Virus record (IMG/VR): IMGVR_UViG_3300015261_000001
Span: 124,001-188,000 of that record
Reading direction: 5' to 3' (one strand)
DNA length: 64,000 nt
The notes below the pieces were generated by a model, which saw only the letters and a program-made list of their open reading frames with translations, had not been told where the DNA came from and searched no databases. Shown one piece after another: positions 8,627 to 18,113 of this stretch (the first letter of the stretch is position 1; each line of letters begins with the position of its first letter). A program made the position numbers and the translations under genes.

Positions 8627-8636
8627 AGAATATAGG
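8627..8636 (-). promoter_or_regulatory. Variant of the early-promoter motif (CCTATATTCT)
   Basis: Shares the + strand context AATATAGGTTT(G/C)AAATA with the 58219 copy. Confidence 0.5.
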
Positions 8637-8667
8637 TTTGAAATATTTTGGCTCAAACCCGTTGGTG

Positions 8668-9414
8668 TTACTGGAGTGCGCCGGCGTTGCGTTGAGCTTC
8701 GTACACGGCTTCAACTGCTTTGTAAGCCTCTTTGTACTCTGCATTGTGCTGGCAGGCGTAGCCGAAAGTCATTTCCAGCAGATCAACACCTTCGACCTCA
8801 GCATTCATGTAGGTTTCCGGCTCGCTGAAGTAGGCATCGCCTTGGCGCAACAGTTCGGTGTACAGCGCAGCATCGACGAGGTTGCGTTCAGTCAGCGCAG
8901 CGATGTACAGAACCAGATCACGGTAGACATAAGTCGGGTCATCGACCAACTCGTCTTCCGCGTGGGACAGGTAGGAAACCACGTGCTTGGCCATGTCGAA
9001 CGTGGTGGTAGCCAGAGCGGCGTCCAGCAACACGCTATCGATGCCAATGATGCGACCGGCCACTACACGGAACAGCTGTTCGTTGGTTTTGTAGGTGCCG
9101 ACGGCGATCCGCTCGATAATCGCTTTGGTCAAGGTGTTTTCAGCGGTCAGCGTGTGTTTGGTCCACGCGCTTGGCTGAGTACCCAGACTGTTCAGGTACA
9201 ACTTGACCAGTTTGTTGGTGTAGCTACGCACCGAGTCGGTCTTTTCGCCGCTGGTCAGCACGCCATCGATCAGGTGGTCGCCGGTGTTGGCGTTCTTGTA
9301 ACGCTCCCAGTCGACTGTCGAGAAGTCGTACAGCGCCTTGATGATCTTTAGGCCACCCAGTGCTTTGCGCAGCTCCATGACGTTGGTCATGTGATTCAAC
9401 TGTTGGTCTTGCAT
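8668..9414 (-). CDS. Hypothetical (possibly virion-associated) protein
   Basis: 248-aa helical ORF with GGAG RBS, just downstream of the protease block. Confidence 0.65.
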   Translation of the reverse strand: MQDQQLNHMTNVMELRKALGGLKIIKALYDFSTVDWERYKNANTGDHLIDGVLTSGEKTDSVRSYTNKLVKLYLNSLGTQPSAWTKHTLTAENTLTKAIIERIAVGTYKTNEQLFRVVAGRIIGIDSVLLDAALATTTFDMAKHVVSYLSHAEDELVDDPTYVYRDLVLYIAALTERNLVDAALYTELLRQGDAYFSEPETYMNAEVEGVDLLEMTFGYACQHNAEYKEAYKAVEAVYEAQRNAGALQ

Positions 9415-9490
9415 CTCTTGCTCTCCTTAGTAAAGCGATTTTCTTGCGTCAATACCAATAGCTCAGGCTGACATAAAAAAGTGTGGGGTA

Positions 9491-9526
9491 ATACCCGAGC
9501 CTGGGGTTGCCCCCAGACCCAGGTAT
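9491..9526 (-). terminator. Intrinsic terminator after the protease gene
   Basis: 16-bp stem that pairs fully only on the minus strand (3 G.U pairs), GCAA GNRA loop, then TTTTTT. Confidence 0.75.
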
Positions 9527-9537
9527 ATGATTACCAC

Positions 9538-10398
9538 TTAACGGAAGATGTCCAGCGAGTTGCTCGTAACCAATTGGATACGGGTTTCCTTGCGTGGAGC
9601 ATTCTTTTTCAGCTGGTCCAGCATGTGGCGGACACGGTCGAAAGACTCGGTGCCTTGGTAACGCTGCATCACTTCCGGCGCCTTCATCTTTTGATCACAC
9701 ACGAAGAAGAGTTCGTCCAGAGTGGTGTTGGTAACCGAAGACTCCAGATCCGACGGCACGTATGCCTCCAGAAGGCTCTCCAAGCCCGCAGACAGATGTT
9801 TGCAAGCGCGGTAGATACCTTGGTCGATAACGGCGTCGTACGTGCTCCAGTAATCCACCTCGCGGTTCTTGTCGCCGAGCTTTTGAGGCTTGGTAACGGT
9901 GCGGATGGAAAACGCGGTGTTGACGTCAGGGTTCGGGAGACTCATCTCCAAGAACTCTTTCTTCAGACCGAACGGAATCACTTCGATGTCGTTGTAGACC
10001 GGGCCAGTGTCACCGTGTTCCATGATCCAGTGAATCTTGCGAATGTGACCACAGACATTATCCATGTCGATGGTGCGCAGACGGTTGATCCACTCGAACA
10101 GATCAGTGATCATCTTCCGCACAACCTGACCGTTAACCAGCAGGTTGTAATGTTGAGGAGGATGACCCAGTTCACAGAAGACTTGACCCTCGTTTACACG
10201 GCGATCCAGGTCCGAGCCCTTACGCATACATTCACGCAGGTACTGGTTGATGCCGTAGGTCACGCCGTGGCGGTTGGGGATGTTGAAACCCCCAGCGTTG
10301 ATGCGGTAGTAACCCGAACCGTCAGCCATGGGTTTGAGGTTGCCCTTAACCTTGGCACCCCCGAGGAGCGTGTTTTCGAATGTGATGATGTCACTCAT
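9538..10398 (-). CDS. Prohead (head maturation) protease, phiKZ gp175 / T4 gp21-like
   Basis: NRHGVTY, CELGHP (His), AFSIRT (Ser) and STYDAV motifs; position at the end of the gp175-gp182-like block. Confidence 0.85.
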   Translation of the reverse strand: MSDIITFENTLLGGAKVKGNLKPMADGSGYYRINAGGFNIPNRHGVTYGINQYLRECMRKGSDLDRRVNEGQVFCELGHPPQHYNLLVNGQVVRKMITDLFEWINRLRTIDMDNVCGHIRKIHWIMEHGDTGPVYNDIEVIPFGLKKEFLEMSLPNPDVNTAFSIRTVTKPQKLGDKNREVDYWSTYDAVIDQGIYRACKHLSAGLESLLEAYVPSDLESSVTNTTLDELFFVCDQKMKAPEVMQRYQGTESFDRVRHMLDQLKKNAPRKETRIQLVTSNSLDIFR

Positions 10399-11120
10399 CG
10401 TGGAACCCCTTTGACGACTTGTTCCAGGTCAGTCACTTTTGTATCCGGGTTAATGATAGCGGCCACCGTGTTGTCTTGCAGGTAACCACCAGTGAGGAGA
10501 GAGAACGTCCCGTCGATCAACATCGATCCATTGTTCAACCCTACGATCACCGGAGGCCGACCTTCCAACATGGCTTTGCTGTTGCGATACGCGTTGTCCA
10601 GATTGTCAGGATCCCGCATCATTAAGGAAGCATAAATCCGCATGTGCTGAGGCGTGCTACCCATTTGACCGCCAGACTGCTGAGCAGCGTGGTCGTACAA
10701 CGATGTGAAATCCTTATCGGACATGAACCAAGGTAACTTGGCGTACAGGTCGAACTCCATGAAGTAAGAGTAGTTCTTGTTGGGGTCCTGAATGTAACGC
10801 AGGTTTTCAATGAGAGTATCACCCTCTTCAAATTCCATGATCACATACTGAACACCATTAATCGCTGCCTCACGAACACCCATAGGTGCCATGGTCACGT
10901 CCACCAGTGCCAACCAGGGGGAATAACACTCCCCCGGTATCACCAAACCAGCCACCAACGTGGTGGTCACCTTATCCCCGATGATCGCCATACCGTTTTC
11001 GGTAAAACGTTTCGGGATGTGGATTTCAATGAGACGATTGGCGGTAACCGAGTAGTCTTCATTGATGGTGTAGGCTTTGCGGATCTTCGCCCTGTCGCGC
11101 TTCAGACCACTGACATCCAT
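10395..11120 (-). CDS. Virion protein in the phiKZ gp176 position (candidate vRNAP-associated factor)
   Basis: 241 aa; overlaps the protease start; assignment by synteny. Confidence 0.6.
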   Translation of the reverse strand: MDVSGLKRDRAKIRKAYTINEDYSVTANRLIEIHIPKRFTENGMAIIGDKVTTTLVAGLVIPGECYSPWLALVDVTMAPMGVREAAINGVQYVIMEFEEGDTLIENLRYIQDPNKNYSYFMEFDLYAKLPWFMSDKDFTSLYDHAAQQSGGQMGSTPQHMRIYASLMMRDPDNLDNAYRNSKAMLEGRPPVIVGLNNGSMLIDGTFSLLTGGYLQDNTVAAIINPDTKVTDLEQVVKGVPR

Positions 11121-11125
11121 ACCGC

Positions 11126-12688
11126 TTATGCCAGCATCTTGGAGGCGAGGAACTCGATCAGCGCGCCGTGCATGCGCTCACGCTTGCCGTGCAGGTTGTC
11201 TTCGACTTCCGCAGTGACGAAGGTCAGCTCCAGGATGTCGGCCGCCAGCTCGCAACCCAGGAGGCGCAGGAAGATCGGCACCAACTTGGTTTTCAGCACG
11301 GTGTCAACGCAGGTTTCACGGTACGGGTCAGGAGAACCGTCAGAGGTGATTGCCACTTCGTTGTCGAAGGTGCGCTTTTCGTTGGCGAACAGGTAGTAGA
11401 GCTTGTCGATGTCGCTGGTCAGAGCTTCACGGATTTGCGTCAGTACCGAAGTGTCGCTGTCGCCGCTGGTGCGCACCAGTGCTTCTTGAGCCGCCGGGTT
11501 CTCGTTGACGAACTTGGCAATCGCGCGCAGGGAGCTGCTAACGAAGTACTCGTAGGACTTGGCATCCAGCGAGTTGTGCAGCAGGCTGTGGTAGTTACCC
11601 AACACTTCCTGTACCTTCGCCTTGTTGCCCAGCAGTTCGACCAGACCCAGCGATTCGCCAGTAGCCAGACGGCTGTACAGCGCAGCCAGAATCACGTCAG
11701 CCAGAGCGACGCCGTTGGCTTCGGCTTCTTTCACACACTCGTTGGTGAAGTAAGCAGTCACGTCACCGGAAACCACCTTAACCACGACGCCCAGTTCTTC
11801 GTTGGGGGTGTAGTCAGACAGCGACGGGGTAACGTTATCAGCCACCACCAGTTTACGACCACGATACAGGTTCATGGTCGACTTGAGGGTGATCAGGTAA
11901 GCAGTCAGACCGTTCCACAGCAGTTCAACGAACTCGCGGTAATCTGCCAGGCTACCTTTCTCCAGCCACGGCACCGGCTGCTCGGAGCTGTACATCTTCG
12001 AGATAACGATGTACGACTTCAGCAGGTTGTCGATGTCGATCGACTTGATGCGAGTGAAGTTGTAGGCTTCGCCGCTGTGGAAGAACATGTTGCCCAATTC
12101 TTCCAGGTTGGTCAGGCCGTAGAAGGCGTATTCCAGGCTGCCTTCTTTGGAGTTGATGATCTGAAGGACTTCTGGATGGTTGGTAGCCAGATATTCCTTG
12201 ATCTCGTCGGAGTCAGCGTATTTGAACTCCAGACGCTTGATCACGTCCAAACCGATCGAGTCGAAACCCAACGCCTTGTTCTTCACTTCAGTCGGGAAAA
12301 TCGCCGAGTTGAAGAAAGGGTGATCGATGTTGGCAAAGCGAATGCGCAGTTCACCGCTCGACAAACGGCTCAGCTGGTTCGGGGTGTAGAGGATGCTGAC
12401 CGCGTCAGCAATGGCAGAGGCCAACGGCACGCCGTAGGTCTTGACCATCTCGAAACCACCACGGATGATTTCAGCCATCCGATCGGAACCTGCTTCCAGC
12501 ACCGCAGTGTGGGAAGTGACTTCGCTGGTGACTTCGACGATCTCAGCACGCCAGTTGTCGGAGTAGCCCAGAGCGCCGTAGCTTTCTTCGTTCAAACCCA
12601 TCAGCAGAGGGCTGGAAGGAACGACCGCGTCTTCCGCCATACCGATGGCAATGTTTTCGCCGAGTGCAATGCTTTCTTTACGGATCAT
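11126..12688 (-). CDS. Head/virion protein in the phiKZ gp177 position
   Basis: 520 aa with strong codon bias; assignment by synteny. Confidence 0.6.
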   Translation of the reverse strand: MIRKESIALGENIAIGMAEDAVVPSSPLLMGLNEESYGALGYSDNWRAEIVEVTSEVTSHTAVLEAGSDRMAEIIRGGFEMVKTYGVPLASAIADAVSILYTPNQLSRLSSGELRIRFANIDHPFFNSAIFPTEVKNKALGFDSIGLDVIKRLEFKYADSDEIKEYLATNHPEVLQIINSKEGSLEYAFYGLTNLEELGNMFFHSGEAYNFTRIKSIDIDNLLKSYIVISKMYSSEQPVPWLEKGSLADYREFVELLWNGLTAYLITLKSTMNLYRGRKLVVADNVTPSLSDYTPNEELGVVVKVVSGDVTAYFTNECVKEAEANGVALADVILAALYSRLATGESLGLVELLGNKAKVQEVLGNYHSLLHNSLDAKSYEYFVSSSLRAIAKFVNENPAAQEALVRTSGDSDTSVLTQIREALTSDIDKLYYLFANEKRTFDNEVAITSDGSPDPYRETCVDTVLKTKLVPIFLRLLGCELAADILELTFVTAEVEDNLHGKRERMHGALIEFLASKMLA

Positions 12689-12858
12689 TACTGAGCCTCC
12701 TTGGTCACACGCTTGCTCAGCGCTTTACTGATCTTTTCGTCCTGAACGGCTGGGTCCAAGGGAGCGATGTATTCCAGACCGACCTTACGGATCGTCTGTT
12801 TGATGAATTCGGCAGCGTTTGCCAAAGCCACCACGTTGTTAACAAGATTCTTGCTCAC
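12688..12858 (-). CDS. Small conserved-looking protein not in the ORF track (56 aa, GTG start)
   Basis: Hand translation MSKNLVNNVVALANAAEFIKQTIRKVGLEYIAPLDPAVQDEKISKALSKRVTKEAQ; GGGGA RBS; TAATG overlap with the next gene; fills the gap exactly. Confidence 0.7.
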   Translation of the reverse strand: MSKNLVNNVVALANAAEFIKQTIRKVGLEYIAPLDPAVQDEKISKALSKRVTKEAQ

Positions 12859-12871
12859 AGTAATTTCCCCT

Positions 12872-13768
12872 TCAGGAACGCACTACACGGTTTGCCGTGT
12901 CCATGCCTTGGTAATAAACGTCGTAGACAGTAGTGCAGATTTCACCGATGGTGATGACACCGTCTTTGTTCTTGTCGAAGCCGTTGTTCTGGAGGAACGC
13001 TTTGGCTTCCATGCGATCGGTCGAGTCTTGGCGGAACAGCGTTTCATCCGCTTTACGACCGACAGCAGCAGGGTAGAAGATCGTCAAGTAGAAATCTTCC
13101 AACTGGGTGTAGCGCTTACCGCGCTTCTGCCACATGTCGAAATACTTGAAGACGTATTCCAGCTGCTCCAGCTGAGTCATGGCTTTCAGCTTGGCCAGGG
13201 TAGTCCCCAGATCCGCTGCCGCCATATCGCCGAACTGGATCAGGCCGAAGTAGTTCGACCCACCGTTGTTCTGCTTGGCAGGATCGAAAGTACGGCCCGA
13301 TTCAAATGCCATGCACCCCATCAGCCAGTTAGCAGCAGAGGAAGGCCAGCTGCGCTGAGTGCAACCCACCACAACCTTCTGAGCGAATTCAGCAGGCACC
13401 AGTTTGCTCCAGCACAGACCGAAGCTCGGAGTACGGTTCTTGGCAACGTAGATGCCGAAGGCGTTTTGCAAACCACCCATCGTGCCGTTACCCCAGACAC
13501 CGTCCACTTTAGCCGTGTACAAGCCGAGATTACCCATGACTTGTTGCAGAGCAGTGACCGCCGCTTTACCGTCATCACCACCTTTAGCAGGCAGTGCATT
13601 AACGTCTGGCAAAGGACGACCAATATGATCGGCGTACGAGCGTAATAAAGTGACAGCTGCGGAGGCCGTTCCCGACCCCCACGCGCCGTCAATCGTTCCG
13701 CCGTACAAGCCCAGTTCTTTCAGGAGCACTTGCATGTCCCGAAAGCCGTTCTTAGTACGGAAGTTCAT
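12872..13768 (-). CDS. Modular endolysin: two peptidoglycan-binding repeats plus lysozyme-like/transglycosylase domain
   Basis: LYGGTIDGAWGSGT and LYTAKVDGVWGNGT PG-binding motifs; catalytic region MAFESGRTF...GLIQFG...QLEYVFKYF. Confidence 0.85.
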   Translation of the reverse strand: MNFRTKNGFRDMQVLLKELGLYGGTIDGAWGSGTASAAVTLLRSYADHIGRPLPDVNALPAKGGDDGKAAVTALQQVMGNLGLYTAKVDGVWGNGTMGGLQNAFGIYVAKNRTPSFGLCWSKLVPAEFAQKVVVGCTQRSWPSSAANWLMGCMAFESGRTFDPAKQNNGGSNYFGLIQFGDMAAADLGTTLAKLKAMTQLEQLEYVFKYFDMWQKRGKRYTQLEDFYLTIFYPAAVGRKADETLFRQDSTDRMEAKAFLQNNGFDKNKDGVITIGEICTTVYDVYYQGMDTANRVVRS

Positions 13769-13770
13769 GG

Positions 13771-16700
13771 TTACTTACCTCGGTAAATGGCGATAGCCTG
13801 TTGAGTGACCTGGTAGCCCAATTCGTTGGTCACCAGCTTGTTCCTGAAGCTGAGTACCATCCGGTTGAACATACCTTTAAAGGAAGCCTTGATATCGACC
13901 ACTTGCCCGTCCTTCGTTTTCAGTGGCTTGTCCATGATCCGACCCACGGTCGCTTTCATCTGGTTACCCAACACGTATTTGTCCGCGTTGGTGGAAGCAT
14001 CCAGAGATTCGATGTAGACCATCACGTAGGCTTTGCCTGGAGCAAGCACAGGACGGTTCACGTTAAAGGCGTTGCTGATAGCACCATTCTCCACTGGGGA
14101 ACCTTCAATGCCCGCAGCCCGCTTACGCTCCTTGTCTTTCTTGACAGTGAACGCCCGCAGGTTAGCCGACATCTTGTCCAGTGGGGAGTTGTAGATCACT
14201 TCGATGTGAACTATCTTCCCGTGGTGCTTAGCGCGAATTTGTTTGATGCCGAGTTTATTGACCTCTTCCTTAAACAAATTCGATTTGTCCTCTTCGCCCA
14301 GATGGGCGTCCTCGATATTGCATAAAATCGCATCTTGCTCGATGGAATCACCCACCTTCACCTTCATATCCAAGATCTGTTCCACCTCCATTGGGAACCC
14401 GTTGATCTTGATAAAAGGTGTCCGCGCTTCCATGGCCAACTCTTTCGAAATAGCGATGGAGTCTTCATACACGTCTTGGTCTTCCACCAAGGCAATCCGG
14501 CACATCTTGCCAGCCTTAATAGCCACCTGTCCTGGGCAGAACGGATCACGGGTAAACCAGTTGTCATCCCAACCCAGCACATCACCCTTGGCGAACTTAT
14601 CCCCTACCTTCAAATCCGTAGTCCGAGTATGACGATGGTATTCACCGCTCGCTTCCCCGATCTTCAGACCCAGCGGGTATTTATCCGTCGAGCCATCAGC
14701 GTAAGTAACCGTGAGGCAATCATCGACCAGCTCGGTGACCTTACCAGCGTCCTTGGCCACCTTGCTGTACAGCTCTGACGTGCGGTGAGCCACAATGTTC
14801 TCGTAGCCGGTCCGCAACGTGTTGATCTGGTAGTTCTGAGCACTGACTGCCTGACTTGCTTGAGTCGAGGTAAACGAAGCACGTTTCGGGTCATCGTGAG
14901 TCCCTCCGTACATCAGGTTCATGGTTACCGAACTATCACCAGTAGGCGTACGCTTCTTGTTCAGATCGATGTTGCCCCGGTAGTCAATGATCGCCGGGTC
15001 AGAACTCAGGTAGGTAACGAAACCTACTTTCGAACTGTCCTTGTTGGCCTCAGAGATAATACCTTTATAGCTATCGAGCTGCACCCGAGCGCGTTTAACC
15101 ATGGTGATCTCGCTACGACCGCCATCGCCACCGAAGGTGACTTCTTCCTGATCCTTGAGTTGGTGAATTGGGTTCACTTCCTCGACCAAGTTAACCGACG
15201 TGTCTTTACCGATGTTCAGGATGACGGCGTCAGGGTTGAAGTCCAGCTTGTGCTTACGGCCCTTACCTTTGTTCCGGTATTGGCGAATGGAGCGACACAG
15301 CTCGGTGTAGACGTGACCCGCAAAGCGCTCATAACCAACGATCCGCTGTTCCTCGATTTCCACCTCATGGCGAGCAAAGTCTGTTTCCAGTGCTTTGGCT
15401 GCATCAATCAACAGATAGTGGAAAGAGTTCGACAGACCCATCTTCTCCAAGTCTTCCTTGGTGATCGGATCAATAAACATGTCGAACAGGTTCTTCATTT
15501 CCTGGAACTGCGAAGGCCGTACCCGTGGATCACCCATCAACGCAGGCCAGATGTCCTGCTTGTTGAGATCGCGCATGGAGAAGTTGCCGATGTTGTTCAA
15601 CTTAGGCATGCCGCCGAAGATCAGCGTAGCCAGCTTTTCCCGACGGTTAAAGATCAGGTACTGGTCGTTGAACTGAATAGCGAATTCATCGCTACCCAAT
15701 TTAGGCTTAGTCCCAATCGGTACAGTCCGAGTCGTAGCCTTGGTCACCTTCAACAGCTTCTCGATACCGAAGTAGAAGCACAGCACCACACCCAGAGGGA
15801 ACTGGTAACCGCTGACGTTAATGACAGCATGCTCCAGTGGCGCTTTCTTCAGATCGATGCCCAGCAAACCTTCCAGCGTGCCGATGTCAGTTTCCCCTTG
15901 GTAGAGGTTACCGTAAGCATCGAGCAGCAGTGGCTGTTTATCCTTCACCCCGACCAGGAAACGATCTTTCTTGGTGTACTGCTTGAACTCTGGATGAGCC
16001 TTCAGCAATTCGGAGATCTGGAAATCCAGCTTGGTGTCGCCTACCTGAATAAACTTGTACTGCTTCGCCAGCAACGAGTACAAGCGAGGACTATCGAAAG
16101 CGCGCTCGTACGCACTACCTTTACTGAAGGTGTAACCCCGGGCCTTGGCTTGCAGACCGATCTGCTTCACCATGAACATACCCAAGTTGTCCACGACCTT
16201 CTTGCTGCGCTGTACCATCAGCTTACGATCATAGTAGCTAACCAAAGCGACCTTATCCGGGGCAATCTTGCGGAAAGGCTTTTCACGGCGCTGGTTCTGC
16301 ATGTGTTGCTTCACACCGTCAACCACAAAGGTGCCATCTTTCTGCACAGTGGGTAGACGAGGGTGAATGGTGGTCTGTTCGCCGTTAACGTCATGCACCT
16401 GCACGCTATAAACGTCATAGCTGCCTTCAACGCTGGTGTGGTTCTCCATCTTGAAGTCGTTCATGGCGAAGCCAGCGTTCTGCACACCGAGGAACATCTT
16501 GGCAATGTCCTTCTGGAGGAACTTCTGAGCGTACAACGTCTTCAACTCAGTAGCCCGGCTTTGCAGCATGCTTTCATCGAGCACGGTGATGAAGTTACCT
16601 TCGATCTTTTTCCCAAGGTCTTTCAACTCTTCAGGCTTGATCTGGATAAATTCTTCAAACGTTTGCCCGTTCGGCATTTCGATGTGCTGGTAGCGCATCG

Positions 16701-18108
16701 CTTTACGCATGTAGAACTCTTGTTCCGCGACGGTCAACACACCATTGCGAGCTTTCTCTTCCAGAGCCGCTTTTACACCCGACTCAGGGGTAGGGAATGC
16801 ATCCTTGTTGGTGTTGATTTCAGCCGTAACCTTTTCAACCTCCAACAAAGAGTCATCTACCGCAGAGTTCCATTCTTCAGTACTCTGATTATCGCCTCCC
16901 GCTGCCGGTCCTCCTTCGGTTTCAGGAAGTCGTCCGTCACTCGACGTACCGCTAGCGAACACATCAGCGACAGTACGAGGACCAGGATTAGCACTAGCGG
17001 GTGCATTCTTGCCAGTAGCCTTCCCTGCTTCTCCGTTACCGTCTTGGGATTCTTTTCTTTCTGCGCCTTCCTTTCCGCCAGCCACTTGGGCATTGGCATC
17101 CGTGCCCTGATCGTCGGTTTCCGATCCTTCAGGGGTTTCATTGATCCTTTCCTCTTTAACGATTTCCTTCTCAGGAACGAAATTCCGAGAAAGACCCATC
17201 AAGGCTAAGTAGAGGCGTTTAACAGCGTTCATCCGCGGCGTGGCTTTGACTGCGTTGAACTCATCGCGCGCCGTTCGGTGGTCTTTTGCTTCACGTGGAC
17301 CCGCCTCGTCCAACCAGCCCTTCAACAGACCCATGTTCAGCACCAGAGCCTTACTTTGGAAGGTAAAGATCAGGTGGGTGTGTTCGAGAGCTTTAGCGGA
17401 CAGCTGGTTCCACTGACTGTACTCGTACTGACCAGCCCAGAAGGCCAACATGTCGAGCAGCCAATAACTGCTTTCTGCTTTGGTGCTTTCCACGATCTGT
17501 GGGGACAGCACCGGCTTACCGTCTTTGAAGCTCATGATCCACTTGATGTAATCTTCAGCGAGATCAGTGAAGGCAGGCATGTTCAGCGGCAGTTCAATAC
17601 GCACGTATTGCTGCTTGATACCTTTCTCGGCTTCCATGTTGATGTTTTGCATCATCAACTTGTTAAGGTTCCAGTACTTCTCGTAACTCATGTAAATACT
17701 GGGACGATAAACCAACCGTTGTGGGATCAATCCGTAGTTACGAACGATCAGCACGTTTTCTTTGTTGTACACGGTGTTAATGTCACGGGTCCAGTTGTAC
17801 TGGTAGTGACCAGCCCGGTAGCCCTGAATCGCACGCTTCATATCGAAGGTGTCAACCCGGCCATGACCCATGTCGAACTGCGGCAGCTCCTGCACGAAGT
17901 CAATGTAGACCTCAGCGGGGAAGTTGCTAATAAAAGCTTCACTGTTGCTCGGACCGTAGTCGCCTTGGTTCTTCGGCATGAAGTGCAACAGGCTGGACTT
18001 CGGCAATACGACTTCACTCACCCCAAAGAAACGAGGATTCACCAAGTCTTGCTTTTTGCGCAATACCGTAGCGCGGAAAAACTCGTTATACGTGATAGGG
18101 TTGGCCAT
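13771..18108 (-). CDS. Virion RNA polymerase beta subunit, N-terminal/main part (phiKZ gp178-like)
   Basis: 1445 aa; DGVK, EANKDSSKVG (ET...G), DDPKRASFTSTQASQ (DD.NR...QRQ), RTGYE, EDSIAIS and DKYVLGNQMKATVG (DK...R.G.KG) RpoB-like motifs. Confidence 0.92.
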   Translation of the reverse strand: MANPITYNEFFRATVLRKKQDLVNPRFFGVSEVVLPKSSLLHFMPKNQGDYGPSNSEAFISNFPAEVYIDFVQELPQFDMGHGRVDTFDMKRAIQGYRAGHYQYNWTRDINTVYNKENVLIVRNYGLIPQRLVYRPSIYMSYEKYWNLNKLMMQNINMEAEKGIKQQYVRIELPLNMPAFTDLAEDYIKWIMSFKDGKPVLSPQIVESTKAESSYWLLDMLAFWAGQYEYSQWNQLSAKALEHTHLIFTFQSKALVLNMGLLKGWLDEAGPREAKDHRTARDEFNAVKATPRMNAVKRLYLALMGLSRNFVPEKEIVKEERINETPEGSETDDQGTDANAQVAGGKEGAERKESQDGNGEAGKATGKNAPASANPGPRTVADVFASGTSSDGRLPETEGGPAAGGDNQSTEEWNSAVDDSLLEVEKVTAEINTNKDAFPTPESGVKAALEEKARNGVLTVAEQEFYMRKAMRYQHIEMPNGQTFEEFIQIKPEELKDLGKKIEGNFITVLDESMLQSRATELKTLYAQKFLQKDIAKMFLGVQNAGFAMNDFKMENHTSVEGSYDVYSVQVHDVNGEQTTIHPRLPTVQKDGTFVVDGVKQHMQNQRREKPFRKIAPDKVALVSYYDRKLMVQRSKKVVDNLGMFMVKQIGLQAKARGYTFSKGSAYERAFDSPRLYSLLAKQYKFIQVGDTKLDFQISELLKAHPEFKQYTKKDRFLVGVKDKQPLLLDAYGNLYQGETDIGTLEGLLGIDLKKAPLEHAVINVSGYQFPLGVVLCFYFGIEKLLKVTKATTRTVPIGTKPKLGSDEFAIQFNDQYLIFNRREKLATLIFGGMPKLNNIGNFSMRDLNKQDIWPALMGDPRVRPSQFQEMKNLFDMFIDPITKEDLEKMGLSNSFHYLLIDAAKALETDFARHEVEIEEQRIVGYERFAGHVYTELCRSIRQYRNKGKGRKHKLDFNPDAVILNIGKDTSVNLVEEVNPIHQLKDQEEVTFGGDGGRSEITMVKRARVQLDSYKGIISEANKDSSKVGFVTYLSSDPAIIDYRGNIDLNKKRTPTGDSSVTMNLMYGGTHDDPKRASFTSTQASQAVSAQNYQINTLRTGYENIVAHRTSELYSKVAKDAGKVTELVDDCLTVTYADGSTDKYPLGLKIGEASGEYHRHTRTTDLKVGDKFAKGDVLGWDDNWFTRDPFCPGQVAIKAGKMCRIALVEDQDVYEDSIAISKELAMEARTPFIKINGFPMEVEQILDMKVKVGDSIEQDAILCNIEDAHLGEEDKSNLFKEEVNKLGIKQIRAKHHGKIVHIEVIYNSPLDKMSANLRAFTVKKDKERKRAAGIEGSPVENGAISNAFNVNRPVLAPGKAYVMVYIESLDASTNADKYVLGNQMKATVGRIMDKPLKTKDGQVVDIKASFKGMFNRMVLSFRNKLVTNELGYQVTQQAIAIYRGK

Positions 18109-18113
18109 AAACC

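Noticed and set aside
11168-17208. Long plus-strand ORFs (11168-12694, 12767-13645, 14785-16356, 16363-17208)
   Set aside because: All mirror motif-bearing minus-strand genes; explained by codon bias suppressing antisense stops.
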